In this document: in pieces, positions 31,456 to 41,712 of the stretch | Position numbering within the stretch: the first letter of the stretch is position 1 | How the letters are laid out: every line of letters starts with the position of its first letter | Assembly: GCA_963666275.2 (NCBI GenBank) | Contig: CAXXOA010000002.1 | Span: 2,016,001-2,080,000, forward strand | Length of the DNA stretch: 64,000 nt | Source: Oceanispirochaeta sp. | Lineage (GTDB): Bacteria; Spirochaetota; Spirochaetia; DSM-2461 | Direction of reading: 5' to 3' | Notes under the pieces: generated by a model | Database searches by the model: none | What the model was told of the DNA's origin: nothing | What the model saw: only the letters and a program-made list of their open reading frames with translations | Translations under genes and position numbers: made by a program

Positions 31456-34400
31456 TCAGTATTCCGCCGGAGTCTGAACCATTTTATCCATGGCTTCGTT
31501 GAATATGGCTTCGTCTTCGGGGCTGAACTGGATCAGCTTTTTCAGTCTGGATACCAGGGGTTTGACAAAATACTCCATACTGTTGCTCTTCCTTTCGTAT
31601 TCCGTTCTGTGTTCAAGCATCATTACTGAAACAAGGGAGGGGTCCCTGTACTGGCCGATCTGCTGATATCCCAGTTTATCATATATGGTAATCTGTTGTT
31701 TATCTCCTGCAAATACATCCAGAAAAAGTACTTCCGTTTCCTGTATTCTTGAAAACACATAGGCCAGAGTCATAAGTCCCATGGGAATGATGCTTCCTCT
31801 CTCCTCTCTGAGTACAGCCAGCCTGTCTATTTCGGCGCTGATCTTCCCTTTTGTCAGATTTCCCAGACTGAAATGGTTCTCGATAGGTAGTCTTTCGGTA
31901 TTCTTTGTGGTTATACAGGATACTGTCCCCACAGGCTGCAGGCCCTTATAGGCAAGAATATGAAAGGCTTTCTCATCGATATCCCTGCGGATGGTCTCTT
32001 CCCTGTACCCCAGCTCTCCCACCAGGACCTTCCTCTGAAGAAAAAAGACATCCTCCTTCTCTTTTTCCTCCCTGGCTATGACAAAGCGGATTTTCCATTT
32101 GTCACGGGACTCCAGAGGCAGATCAATGGTCACCACAGTACCTTTACCAATAAGGCTGTCAATTTTTATCCGGCCACCCATTTCCGTCACTAACTGATGG
32201 GTGATACTCAAACCCAGTCCTGTTCCGCCTTCCCTGTTTTTCGTTGTGAAGAAGGGATCGAACAGTCTGTCCAGATTCTCTTTTTCTATCCCTATCCCTG
32301 TATCTTTTATAGTGATCCTGGCATTGAAATCATCGTTTTTACAGCTTAGAGAGAGGGTACCGCCGTTTGGCATGGACTGGACTGCGTTGGTTATGAGGTT
32401 TATAAACACCTGCTGCAGACTATTGGGATTGATCTCCACTTCCGGGATCGGTTCCAGATCCTTCTCTATGGTTATGTTTTTAAAAGGCATACCCCTCTCA
32501 GCCATTCTCAATGAGTTTTCCAATACGAAAGGTATCTCCACATGATTGGTGGCATCTTTCTCGGTGCGGGAGTAGATGGTCAGATCTTTCAGAACAGAGG
32601 CTGCATTCATGGAATAGTTAATAATATCATTTGTCAGTTCATACAGAGGCGAATCTTTCTCAAGCTGATCCTGGATAATCTCTGCTGTTCCCAGGATTCC
32701 CCCCAGGGGATTGTTTATTTCATGGGCGATACCCGATGCCATTGTTCCTATTCCGGCCAGTTTTCCTGACTGAATCAGATCGGCCTGGAGCTTTTTCTGC
32801 TGGGTCACGTCCTGGAAGAATTCCAGAAACAGCTTGGTTTCGTTTTCAGGGACAGAGATGGGATAGAAATGGACATTGAAGGTTATGCCGCTTTTCTCAT
32901 GATTCAGTTCGGATTCAAAGGGCAGCTGCGTATGCAGACAGTCCTGGGCCAGGCAGTTGGCGCAGGGTTTGGACTGGTTGAAAAATACCTGGTAGCATTT
33001 CTGTCCCACCAGTTCGTCGTACCGGGCCTGAAAGTATTTGGTCGCTGCAAAATTGACCATAATGATGTTGTAGTTGATATCCTGGATGGCAATCGGCGTG
33101 GTGATTCCGTCAAAAAATGCTTCCAGTTTATTCCGGCTGATGGTCAGTTCCCTGTTGAGAGTCTGAAGCTTCTTCTGCTGATTCCGCAGCCGTTCAAAGG
33201 AGATGGCATTTTCCAGGGTCAGGGCGCACTGGCCCCTGAGAATCTCCAGAGTATCCAGGTCAAACTGGTTGTAGAAATCCCTGTCTTCACTTTTTCCCAG
33301 CAGAAGGTAGCCGTTGGTTCTGTTTTTGAATGTCAGGGGCATCACAAGGCTTAAGGGGAGAATGAGGGTCGTCTCGGGAAGTTTCAGTACCAGAGGCCTG
33401 TAGGAGCAGCGGTTTGATTCTTCCAGGCTGAGGTCCCTGTTGAACTCTCTGATCGCTTCCGGCTCAAAATGGAGGTCCTCCTCTAGAGAATGCTCGATCC
33501 CCTGATAACCGAAAACCATATACTTTCCGGTAGAGTAGTCCTGAACGATCATGGCAGACCAGTTCAGTTTATAGGAAGTGGCAATCTTTTCAGTGGTGAG
33601 TTCTCCCAGTAGCCTCAGATCTACCAGAGAATTGAGGCTGTGAGAGAAGGTTTTCAGATCCTGAAAGGCGTGAAATCTCTTTCCCAGATAGAGCTTTTCT
33701 ATCAATGAGAGGGTCCCTTTCCGCAGAGGCTGGAATATGATCGTTACCACCACTCCGAACAGGAGGGAGATCAGATAGGCCTCTCTGTGAGAGGAAAAGG
33801 CATCATCTGAGAGAGAGAGGATCCAGAAGGAAAAGTAGAAGATCGAACTGCTTATCATCACAAGGATCGCAAGCAGTATGGTTCTCAGGACAATGGTTGA
33901 GTAGTTAATCAGTTTGTAGTTGTAGATCGCATAAAAAATAAAAAAGGCATTCAGAGTTGTTCCCAGGATATCAATGGGGTACTTTCCCAGTGGTTCGTAC
34001 AGATTGACCAGTACACTGATGAGCAGCATGATCACACCGTACATGGGATAGCGGATTTTGCGCTGAAGGGATTTGTTATCAGCCCTGTAGAGCTGTATGC
34101 TCAGATGAATTAAAGCAAAAATGATGTATATGTAACAGAGAGAGTATGTCAGAATGGCTCTGTCGGCCAGGGAATAGGTAAACTGGTTGTTTATAAAACC
34201 AGCATATTCCACGATCCTTCCGGAAAAGTTAAATATCAGTAGGATGAAATAGATGGAATACCCTGTGAAAAGCATAAATAGAGACATCTTTTTCCGCAGG
34301 TCTCCGGTCATATTGAGAAGGGCATGGAACATAGTAATCGGGACGCCAAGCATTCCGATCATCATGATTCTGTTCCAGTGAAGGGGTGTGAGTATCGCAA

Positions 34401-34572
34401 AATTGGCATGCATCATGAAAGAGCTGAAACTCCATATAGTCATCATGAGCATATAGAAAATAAACGTGAGGGAGCCCTTTTCCTTTCTTCCCTGAATGAT
34501 TCCGAAAAGGGTAAACACTATGTAGAGGATGGAAGTCATTGCAGGTATAATTGTTGAAAGATCCAGGAACAT
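31456..34572 (-). CDS. 7TM-GAF-PAS histidine kinase with C-terminal GNAT (LuxI/FeeM-like acyltransferase) domain
   Basis: HisKA_7TM-like N-terminus; GAF (YLLLGK...F...DL..L); PAS with CY..F....PC.NC; H-box GIAHEINNPL; FDPFFTTK..GTGLGL. A further ~210 aa carry LPIE..F, AEIDRLAV...RG and Y.KLGY..IG. Confidence 0.85.
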   Translation of the reverse strand: MFLDLSTIIPAMTSILYIVFTLFGIIQGRKEKGSLTFIFYMLMMTIWSFSSFMMHANFAILTPLHWNRIMMIGMLGVPITMFHALLNMTGDLRKKMSLFMLFTGYSIYFILLIFNFSGRIVEYAGFINNQFTYSLADRAILTYSLCYIYIIFALIHLSIQLYRADNKSLQRKIRYPMYGVIMLLISVLVNLYEPLGKYPIDILGTTLNAFFIFYAIYNYKLINYSTIVLRTILLAILVMISSSIFYFSFWILSLSDDAFSSHREAYLISLLFGVVVTIIFQPLRKGTLSLIEKLYLGKRFHAFQDLKTFSHSLNSLVDLRLLGELTTEKIATSYKLNWSAMIVQDYSTGKYMVFGYQGIEHSLEEDLHFEPEAIREFNRDLSLEESNRCSYRPLVLKLPETTLILPLSLVMPLTFKNRTNGYLLLGKSEDRDFYNQFDLDTLEILRGQCALTLENAISFERLRNQQKKLQTLNRELTISRNKLEAFFDGITTPIAIQDINYNIIMVNFAATKYFQARYDELVGQKCYQVFFNQSKPCANCLAQDCLHTQLPFESELNHEKSGITFNVHFYPISVPENETKLFLEFFQDVTQQKKLQADLIQSGKLAGIGTMASGIAHEINNPLGGILGTAEIIQDQLEKDSPLYELTNDIINYSMNAASVLKDLTIYSRTEKDATNHVEIPFVLENSLRMAERGMPFKNITIEKDLEPIPEVEINPNSLQQVFINLITNAVQSMPNGGTLSLSCKNDDFNARITIKDTGIGIEKENLDRLFDPFFTTKNREGGTGLGLSITHQLVTEMGGRIKIDSLIGKGTVVTIDLPLESRDKWKIRFVIAREEKEKEDVFFLQRKVLVGELGYREETIRRDIDEKAFHILAYKGLQPVGTVSCITTKNTERLPIENHFSLGNLTKGKISAEIDRLAVLREERGSIIPMGLMTLAYVFSRIQETEVLFLDVFAGDKQQITIYDKLGYQQIGQYRDPSLVSVMMLEHRTEYERKSNSMEYFVKPLVSRLKKLIQFSPEDEAIFNEAMDKMVQTPAEY

Positions 34573-34597
34573 TAGTGACGAACCCCTTATTATTCTT

Positions 34598-34626
34598 TAT
34601 AATATTAACAATCTTTGGAAATTATA
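34598..34626. promoter_or_regulatory. candidate overlapping divergent -10 elements between kinase and methyltransferase
   Basis: TATAAT on + at 34598-34603 and on - at 34626-34621. Confidence 0.35.
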
Positions 34627-34644
34627 GCATTTTTTTTTAAAATT

Positions 34645-35184
34645 ATGTTTCATATAGCAGGAAGTACAATCTTTTTTATCTGCCTCTGCTTGTCTGATTA
34701 CAGTCAGGTCAAAAGAAAAAAATACGCCATTGTACTCTCTTCAATACTGGCCTACGGAGGTCTGGCTATTGTTCTGATCTCCCTGGGCCGGGAGCAGATG
34801 ATGGCTCCGGGAAGCGGCTCTTTTTTCTGGGGGAAAACCCTGCTACTCGCTCTGGCGGGCCTTTCACTTTTCTATGTGCTGTTTATTGAAATATCTCTTT
34901 TTTCCGAGATCTCCTCCACCGGGGAGCGCCTGGTTTTCAGGCGGGGGACATACAGTCTTGTCAGACACCCCGGATTCTACCCTTTTATGCTTCTCATCGC
35001 CTCTCTCTATCTCTATAGTCCCGGCTGGAGCTTCCTTTTAAAGGGTGTATACCTGATCCTGTTGAATCTTCTGACTATATATCTGGAAGACCGATTTTTT
35101 TTCCCCCGTTTATTCCGGGATTATAACGATTATAAGACCAGTGTCCCTTTTCTTCTTCCGGGAATGAAAAAGGGTGAAAGGTAG
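34645..35184 (+). CDS. isoprenylcysteine carboxyl methyltransferase / PEMT-like membrane methyltransferase
   Basis: Hydrophobic; LV..G.Y.LVRHPG.Y, E(D)......F..Y.DY..SVP..LP. Start ATG 34645 or TTG 34615. Confidence 0.8.
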   Translation: MFHIAGSTIFFICLCLSDYSQVKRKKYAIVLSSILAYGGLAIVLISLGREQMMAPGSGSFFWGKTLLLALAGLSLFYVLFIEISLFSEISSTGERLVFRRGTYSLVRHPGFYPFMLLIASLYLYSPGWSFLLKGVYLILLNLLTIYLEDRFFFPRLFRDYNDYKTSVPFLLPGMKKGER

Positions 35185-35187
35185 AGT

Positions 35188-36264
35188 ATGTTTAACAATC
35201 TAAAAAACAATATTCTCATCGTTGATGACGATAGAGCCATACAGAAAGTGCTTGGCATTATTCTGGAAACAGCCGGGTATAATATCCTTCAGGCTGAGTG
35301 TGCGGAAGATGCCCTTGAAATCCTTGAAAAAACTGAAATAGCTCCCGATTCCATCCTTTCGGATATACGGATGCCCGGTATGAGCGGCCTTGAGCTTCTG
35401 AGCATCCTGACAGACAGGTTCCCTCTGGTGCCGGTTATCATGCTGACAGCCCATACGGACCTTGATACGGGCCTGACGGCCATGAAAAGAGGAGCCTTTG
35501 ACTACATAACGAAACCGGTCCGGAAAGCCGTACTGCTGGATCTTCTGGAGAAGAGTCTGGATCATAAAATGATTCTGGAAGAGAATCACAGACTCAAGCT
35601 GGAGAATCAGAAGTACCAGGAGGAGCTTGAGGACCGGGTAGAGCAGAGAACCCGCGAATTGCGGCTGGCCTATGACAAGCTGAAAGATACAAACCTGGTT
35701 ACAGTCAAAGTCCTGGCCGAAACCATAGAAGCGAAAGATCCCTACACCAGGGGGCATAGCAACAGGGTGAGAGGATTCGCCCGTGAAATGGCCCTGAAAA
35801 TGGGGCTTTCCTGTCATGACATAGAGATTCTGGAGTACGGAGCCCTTCTTCATGACATTGGAAAAATCGGAATACCCGAAGGGCTTCTCCACAAGGAACA
35901 GCCTTTGGATCAGGAAGAGAAAAAGATATTTCAGGATCATCCCGGAATAGGAGAAAATATCCTGAAGGTGGTGGATTTTTTCGCCCCCTGCCTGCCCATC
36001 GTCAAACAGCATCATGAATGGTACAACGGTCAGGGCTATCCGGCAGGCCTGAAAGGGTCGGAAACAGATCTTCTGGCCAGGATTGTTCAGGTTGCCGACT
36101 CTTTTGATGCCATGACAACCAACAGACCCTACAGAAACGCTCTCCCCCGGGATGAGGCTATAAAGGAACTGGAAGCCGGAAAAGGCAGTCAGTTTGATCC
36201 TGAACTGGTTCATCTCTTCATACAGTCGGGAATATACAGCCTGGATCCGGATCTTTCCCTCTGA
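35188..36264 (+). CDS. response regulator with HD-GYP c-di-GMP phosphodiesterase domain (RpfG-like)
   Basis: REC VDDD, SDIRMPG, KP; GHS.RV, LHDIGK, HHE..NG.GYP, D.FDAM...RPY. Confidence 0.93.
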   Translation: MFNNLKNNILIVDDDRAIQKVLGIILETAGYNILQAECAEDALEILEKTEIAPDSILSDIRMPGMSGLELLSILTDRFPLVPVIMLTAHTDLDTGLTAMKRGAFDYITKPVRKAVLLDLLEKSLDHKMILEENHRLKLENQKYQEELEDRVEQRTRELRLAYDKLKDTNLVTVKVLAETIEAKDPYTRGHSNRVRGFAREMALKMGLSCHDIEILEYGALLHDIGKIGIPEGLLHKEQPLDQEEKKIFQDHPGIGENILKVVDFFAPCLPIVKQHHEWYNGQGYPAGLKGSETDLLARIVQVADSFDAMTTNRPYRNALPRDEAIKELEAGKGSQFDPELVHLFIQSGIYSLDPDLSL

Positions 36265-36277
36265 ATGGCCCGGACCT

Positions 36278-37255
36278 TCAGAGTAGAAAGGGAATCAGGT
36301 TCTTCAGACAGAAGGCGATCCAGGGAACTACTGGTACCATCAGCACCATTGTCAGTATCCAGGCTGTGTTGGCATAATCCAGATCCAGACCGTAAAGGCT
36401 GGCGGGCATAATCGAGACAAATCCTGCGGGCATGGAAGAGAGTATGAATATTGTCATCAGGGGGACTCCCCCCATGATCTCCCCCATTCCCAGAAGGTAG
36501 GAACCGATGGTTATGGTCAGCGGTACAAGAAGGAATTTGATACCCCCGACACTCAGGGCAGAGACAAGATGACCTTTCATATTTCTGAAGTCCATTCCCA
36601 TACCAATGGATACAAGCAGAATGGAAGACATCAGCGGTATGAGAATATTATTGATTGAGCCGTAAAGGACCGGTCTGGTGAATCCCTGAAGGTTCAGAAC
36701 AAATCCCAGAGCGATACTGGACATGGACAGAAGGATGACCGGATCTTTAAAAATACCTCCCGGAGATCTGTTCTGCTCTTTTCCGGTTTTTCCGAACAGG
36801 GCGGCTATGGGAAATCCCAGGCCGAAGTACATGACAGGTTCCAGGAGTTTGTACAGAGGCATCAGAACAAATCCGGCTTCTCCCAGCATGGTGAAGACAA
36901 CCAGTCCTCCCACAGATCCTATATTGGTATAGTAGCTTACACAGAAGTGACTTCCCCTCCGGGGGAGCGGCATTCTCCGTAAACGGGTATACAAAATGGA
37001 ATAGACCCCTCCCAGAGAGATAGCGGCGACTCCTATGACTGGCAATAGAAGGATCTGTCTGTCCTCCAGAGGGAGAATCCAGGTTGCCCCGATCAGTACT
37101 AGGGGGTTCATAAACAGAAAACAGGACTTCTGGAGTCCCTTTCTGATCGTGTCCTCTCTGCTCCGGGATACCGCTGCTTTCTGCAGAATATATCTGAGAA
37201 GGATTCCTGCGGTCAGACTTGCCAGTATCAGTATAACGGGAAAAATCAGTTGCAT
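36278..37255 (-). CDS. AEC family membrane transporter
   Basis: About 10 TM segments; N.G..G, KFLLVP, MPAG motifs. Confidence 0.7.
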   Translation of the reverse strand: MQLIFPVILILASLTAGILLRYILQKAAVSRSREDTIRKGLQKSCFLFMNPLVLIGATWILPLEDRQILLLPVIGVAAISLGGVYSILYTRLRRMPLPRRGSHFCVSYYTNIGSVGGLVVFTMLGEAGFVLMPLYKLLEPVMYFGLGFPIAALFGKTGKEQNRSPGGIFKDPVILLSMSSIALGFVLNLQGFTRPVLYGSINNILIPLMSSILLVSIGMGMDFRNMKGHLVSALSVGGIKFLLVPLTITIGSYLLGMGEIMGGVPLMTIFILSSMPAGFVSIMPASLYGLDLDYANTAWILTMVLMVPVVPWIAFCLKNLIPFLL

Positions 37256-37287
37256 AGGTTCAGTTTAGAATTTTCCGGAGTCTCATT

Positions 37288-38025
37288 CTACTCTGTGATT
37301 CCAAGCTCATTCAGGAAACCCTCCAGGGAGGTATTGGCAATCAGATCTTCGGGAAAATTGACTTCCGCAAGAATTTTTTCACAGTAGGATACGTCTCCCA
37401 CATGCTCGCTGAAGTGGGCATCACTCCCCAGAGTTATTTTCACTCCCTGGGTTCTGCAGTGTTTCAGCATTTCCCTGTAGGTTTCTGCAGCTCCCGAACG
37501 GAATGATCCCGGCTTGAGGCTGGAATTGTTCATTTCAAGAAGGGTTCCTGTCTCTCCCGCGGCCCGGACCAGGGCGGAGATGTCGTAGGGAAATCTTCCG
37601 TCATCGGGATGGGCAATTATCTTTACATAGGGGTTCCGGGCGGCGTTCACATAGGCCCTTGTATTTTCCTCCACCGTACCGGGGGTGAATGTGGGGATGT
37701 GGAACGAAGCGATCACGACTTCCAGTTCCTGAAGAAGCTCCTCTTCCACGTCGATTTCTCCCCGTTCATTGATAATATTGGCTTCTATTCCCCTGAACAT
37801 GGTTACATTCTGGATTTTCCGGGGGAGTACCCGGGAGTTGTAGAAGTGGAATATATGGGGGCCGCCGGGCATTCCGGGGCTGTGATCGGTCAGTATGAAG
37901 GCGGGAAGGCCTTTTTCAGAAGCTGCTTTTGCCATCTCCTGAATCGAAGAGTAGGCATGGCCGGAGGCCAGTGAATGGGTATGGGTATCAATTGCTATCA
38001 TACCGGTCAGTGTTGCTTTTTTCAT
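37288..38025 (-). CDS. PHP-domain phosphatase, YcdX-like
   Basis: D.H.H...SGHAYS, TDH.P.M.G, GIEANI, AHP, E.NNSS, GSDAH. Confidence 0.9.
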   Translation of the reverse strand: MKKATLTGMIAIDTHTHSLASGHAYSSIQEMAKAASEKGLPAFILTDHSPGMPGGPHIFHFYNSRVLPRKIQNVTMFRGIEANIINERGEIDVEEELLQELEVVIASFHIPTFTPGTVEENTRAYVNAARNPYVKIIAHPDDGRFPYDISALVRAAGETGTLLEMNNSSLKPGSFRSGAAETYREMLKHCRTQGVKITLGSDAHFSEHVGDVSYCEKILAEVNFPEDLIANTSLEGFLNELGITE

Positions 38026-38150
38026 GAAAAGTTACAAGCTGTCTTTCCGGTCGGATCCTTTGTGTTTCCATTTGAATTTCCCTGTTCTCTCACTTAATAT
38101 TTAAAGGAAATTAAAAATAGAAAGCAGCAGAAAAAGGACAGCAGACCGAT

Positions 38151-39266
38151 ATGGAAGGAATAAAAACGTCAGAAGAGAAAAAATCTGCATCCGGGATGGC
38201 TGTAAAAATCCTGGTTTCTGTCTGTTTCCTTTCGGGTTTGTATCTGACTACCAGAGTCAATTATCTCCTTTTTCATGTGGTGGCTGAAATTTTCAGTATT
38301 GTTATTGCGTTTTCCCTGTATGTGATCAGCTGGAATTCCAGGCAGTATATAAAAAAACAGTTTTTTCTGATCCTGGGAATCGCCTATCTTTTTATTGCTT
38401 TTATAGACCTTCTGCACACTCTGAGTTACACCGGAATGGGTATCTTTCCGCAGCAGCATTTCTATGCGAACCAGCTGTGGATTGCCGGCAGGTTTATGGA
38501 GAGTCTGACCCTTCTGATCTCCCTTTTCTGGTTCAGAGACAGGATCGAAAAATCCGAGTACCCCCTCTTCCTTTTTTATCTTGTGATTACAGGGGTCATC
38601 GTATATACCATTTTCGTGTCCCATATCTTTCCTGTCTGTTTTATTCCAGGCATAGGACAGACAAGGTTTAAAATCATAAGCGAGTATTTTATCATAGCCT
38701 TTCTCATCTGTGCCTATCTGCTTCTCAGGTTTAGGAAAAAACAGTTTGACCGGAAGGTGTTTCTCTATATACAGATTTCCATAGGGATGACCATACTGTC
38801 GGAGTTTGCCTTTACCCAGTATGTGAGCAATTACGGCTCGGCCAATCTGATCGGACATTTTCTGAAGATTTTCTCTTTCTACTACATCTATAGATCCATT
38901 ATTAAAACCAGTATCACGAAACCTTTTGATCTGATTTTTCTCGAGGTTGATGAGCTGAATGCCCGTCTCAATAGAGAGCTGGAACTGAAGACGGCAAAAG
39001 AGATCGAGAATGAAAAGCTTATAAAGGAACTGAAAGAGGCTCTGGAAAATGTAAAGGAGCTGAAAGGTCTCCTTCCGGTCTGTTCCTCCTGCCGGAAAGT
39101 CCGGGATGATGACGGTTACTGGGAAAACCTGGATATCTATATTTCAAAATATACAGATACAAGCATTTCCCATAGCCTGTGCCCCGACTGTGTAAAAAAA
39201 CTCTATCCGGAACTGCAGGAAAAAATTCTGAAAATGCAGAAGCACCGGAAGGAGGACGAGGATTAG
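38151..39266 (+). CDS. MASE3-type membrane sensor with C-terminal Cys-rich module
   Basis: NYLLFH..AE.FS, DLLHTL.Y.GM, QLWI..R, GH..K MASE3 motifs; coiled coil; LKGLLPVCSSCRKVRDD..YW...SHSLCPDC. Confidence 0.85.
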   Translation: MEGIKTSEEKKSASGMAVKILVSVCFLSGLYLTTRVNYLLFHVVAEIFSIVIAFSLYVISWNSRQYIKKQFFLILGIAYLFIAFIDLLHTLSYTGMGIFPQQHFYANQLWIAGRFMESLTLLISLFWFRDRIEKSEYPLFLFYLVITGVIVYTIFVSHIFPVCFIPGIGQTRFKIISEYFIIAFLICAYLLLRFRKKQFDRKVFLYIQISIGMTILSEFAFTQYVSNYGSANLIGHFLKIFSFYYIYRSIIKTSITKPFDLIFLEVDELNARLNRELELKTAKEIENEKLIKELKEALENVKELKGLLPVCSSCRKVRDDDGYWENLDIYISKYTDTSISHSLCPDCVKKLYPELQEKILKMQKHRKEDED

Positions 39267-39356
39267 AGCGGGAGCAGGGTAAAAGAAAACCCACCATCAT
39301 TCAGACTGGTGGGCTTGCCGTTTCTGAGAACCGGAGAGAGTCTCCGGTTTTTCTGC

Positions 39357-40664
39357 CTACTGGCTGCTTCCGGACCTTTTCGGTTTGAATCCTGATCTGG
39401 ATCCGGCATAGTTCCGTTTGGCTCTGGAAGGGCCCGAGTTCCCAGAACTGTCAGTTTGCCCCTGTTTATGAGGCCTTCTTTTATGCTCCGGTCTGTTGGC
39501 CCGGTTGGATTCCGCAACGGGTTCTGCCTGGGTAATGACAGGGGTAAAACCTTTGGCTTTGGCCATAGGAACAGACTGTCCGATCAGTTTTTCAATATCT
39601 TTGAGCTGGCTCCGCTCTTCCGCAGATATGAATGAAATAGCCAGTCCGGATTCTCCGGCACGTCCGGTTCTTCCGATCCGATGCACATAGTCTTCGGGCA
39701 TCTGGGGCAGGTCAAAATTTACTACATAGCTCAGCCCCTGAAGATCCAGGCCTCTCGCCGCAACATTGGTGGCGATCAGAGCCTGCAGGTCTCCGGTTTT
39801 AAACTCTTTGAGAGCTCTAGTCCTGGCTCCCTGGCTTTTATCTCCATGGATGGCCGATGAGGGAATGCCTTCCTTGTTCAGCTGTTTTGCCAGCCGGTTG
39901 GCTCCGTGTTTTGTTCTGACGAATACAAGTACCTGATACCAGGATTCGGTCTTGATGAGATGGGAAAGAAGATAGCGCTTCTGTTTCTTGTCTACACTGT
40001 AGGCAACCTGTTCCACCTTCTCGGCAGTCTGGTTGTTCTCGTTTACCTCAACAAGGACAGGCTTGTGAAGAAGGGTATTGCAGAGGGCTTTGATCTTTTT
40101 ATCATAGGTTGCCGAAAACATCAGATTCTGCCTTTGCGAGGGAAGAACTTTGATGATTTTCTGGATATCTTTGATAAATCCCATATCCAGCATCCTGTCT
40201 GCTTCATCCAGTATCAGAAATTCAATCCTGCTCAGATCCAGAGTCTGCTGCTGAAGGTGGTCGAGAAGTCGTCCCGGAGTGGCAACAAGAATATCGCATC
40301 CCTTCTGCAGCTGATGAATCTGAGGATTTATTTTTACACCGCCGAAGATGGTCTGGGTCCGGTAGGGAAGGTTGGCACTGTAGTTCTGAAAGCTTTCGCC
40401 CACCTGGGCTGCCAGCTCTCTTGTGGGAGTCAGTACCAGGACTCTCGGCTGTTTCTGTTTTTTTCCGCCCCGGCTCAGAAGTTCCAGAACGGGAAGGGCA
40501 AAGGCCGCTGTTTTTCCCGTTCCTGTTTGTGCTCCCGCCAGAATATCCCTTTTTTTAAGGATCGGGGGAATTGCTTCGGCCTGTATGGGGGTAGGCATCG
40601 TATAGCCTTGGGTCTCCAGAGCCTGCAGTATTTCAGGCCGGAGATTGAAATCATTAAATGTCAT
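39357..40664 (-). CDS. rhlE: DEAD-box RNA helicase, RhlE-like
   Basis: TPIQ, AQTGTGKT, PTRELA, DEAD, SAT, HRIGRTGRAG; ATG 40664 behind AGGAG. Confidence 0.85.
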   Translation of the reverse strand: MTFNDFNLRPEILQALETQGYTMPTPIQAEAIPPILKKRDILAGAQTGTGKTAAFALPVLELLSRGGKKQKQPRVLVLTPTRELAAQVGESFQNYSANLPYRTQTIFGGVKINPQIHQLQKGCDILVATPGRLLDHLQQQTLDLSRIEFLILDEADRMLDMGFIKDIQKIIKVLPSQRQNLMFSATYDKKIKALCNTLLHKPVLVEVNENNQTAEKVEQVAYSVDKKQKRYLLSHLIKTESWYQVLVFVRTKHGANRLAKQLNKEGIPSSAIHGDKSQGARTRALKEFKTGDLQALIATNVAARGLDLQGLSYVVNFDLPQMPEDYVHRIGRTGRAGESGLAISFISAEERSQLKDIEKLIGQSVPMAKAKGFTPVITQAEPVAESNRANRPEHKRRPHKQGQTDSSGNSGPSRAKRNYAGSRSGFKPKRSGSSQ

Positions 40665-40830
40665 TAATTCTCCTGTGAACGAGTATCCTAACAGGATTTT
40701 CATTTCCAAGATAGGGCGGGAAAAGGAATCTTCTCTTTATTGGAGCAAATAGGAGGGGATTTCACGGGAATTTGAGAAAAAACCCAGCTGAAAAAGGGGG
40801 GGGGTCCAGCTGGATCCGGCAATATTTACC

Positions 40831-41439
40831 TCAGGAAATCTTACTATAGAGTTCTTCCGCTTTCTTCCAGTTGATCACATTGAAAAAGCTTTCGATATAT
40901 TCGGGCCTCCTGTTCTGAAACTTCAGATAGTAGGCATGTTCCCACACATCCAGTCCCAGAACCGGTGTCAGTCCCTGACTGATCGGATTATCCTGGTTTG
41001 CCGTGGACATAACGGAGAGAACGCCGGCTTTATCACTGACAAGCCAGGCCCATCCGCTGCCGAATCGGGTTGCCGCGGCATTGGAAAATTCTTCTTTGAA
41101 TTCGTCAAAGGAACCGAAGGCCGATCTGATGCCTTCCAGAAGTTTTCCCTCCGGTTGTCCTCCCCCCTCAGGTGAGAGCCACTGCCAGAAGAGGGCGTGA
41201 TTATAGTGACCGCCGCCGTTGTTTCTGACGGCTGTCTGGATCTTATCCGGCAGAGCATCCAGATTTCCCAGAAGCTCCTCTATGGGGCGGGAGGTATATT
41301 CGCTTCCCTCAAGGGCAGCATTGAGCTTGGCAGTATAGCCCGTATGATGTTTATCGTGGTGAATCTCCATGGTCTGTCTGTCGATATATGGTTCCAATGC
41401 ATCATAGGCATAAGGTAGATCAGGTGTTTTAAAAGTCAT
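40831..41439 (-). CDS. sodA: Mn/Fe superoxide dismutase
   Basis: HH.KHH, NNGGGH.NH..FW (GGG suggests the Mn type), DVWEHAYY. Confidence 0.88.
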   Translation of the reverse strand: MTFKTPDLPYAYDALEPYIDRQTMEIHHDKHHTGYTAKLNAALEGSEYTSRPIEELLGNLDALPDKIQTAVRNNGGGHYNHALFWQWLSPEGGGQPEGKLLEGIRSAFGSFDEFKEEFSNAAATRFGSGWAWLVSDKAGVLSVMSTANQDNPISQGLTPVLGLDVWEHAYYLKFQNRRPEYIESFFNVINWKKAEELYSKIS

Positions 41440-41712
41440 ATATTACTCCTTGAAAAGTTATATAATAGTAAAATAGTAATAAATAGAGAAAAAGAAAAGG
41501 ACGTTTTCTGGAAAAATTGGAAAATCGAACAAAGTTATTATAAACTAACTATGTGAAGCTGTTGCCATTCATTTGTCTTCTCTGATTTCAGCAGCTATTC
41601 TCACGCTTTAACCAGAGACCCTTTGAACCGCAGGAGAAGAATTTTATGTAAATTGCCTTCTTTTTTGTAATAGAATGATAATAAGGCTCAATGCAGAAGA
41701 GGGATAGATATT

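Noticed and set aside
40796..40804. G9 homopolymer as a phase-variation site
   Set aside because: Lies in the loop of a hairpin downstream of the SOD gene, not in a CDS or an evident promoter spacer.
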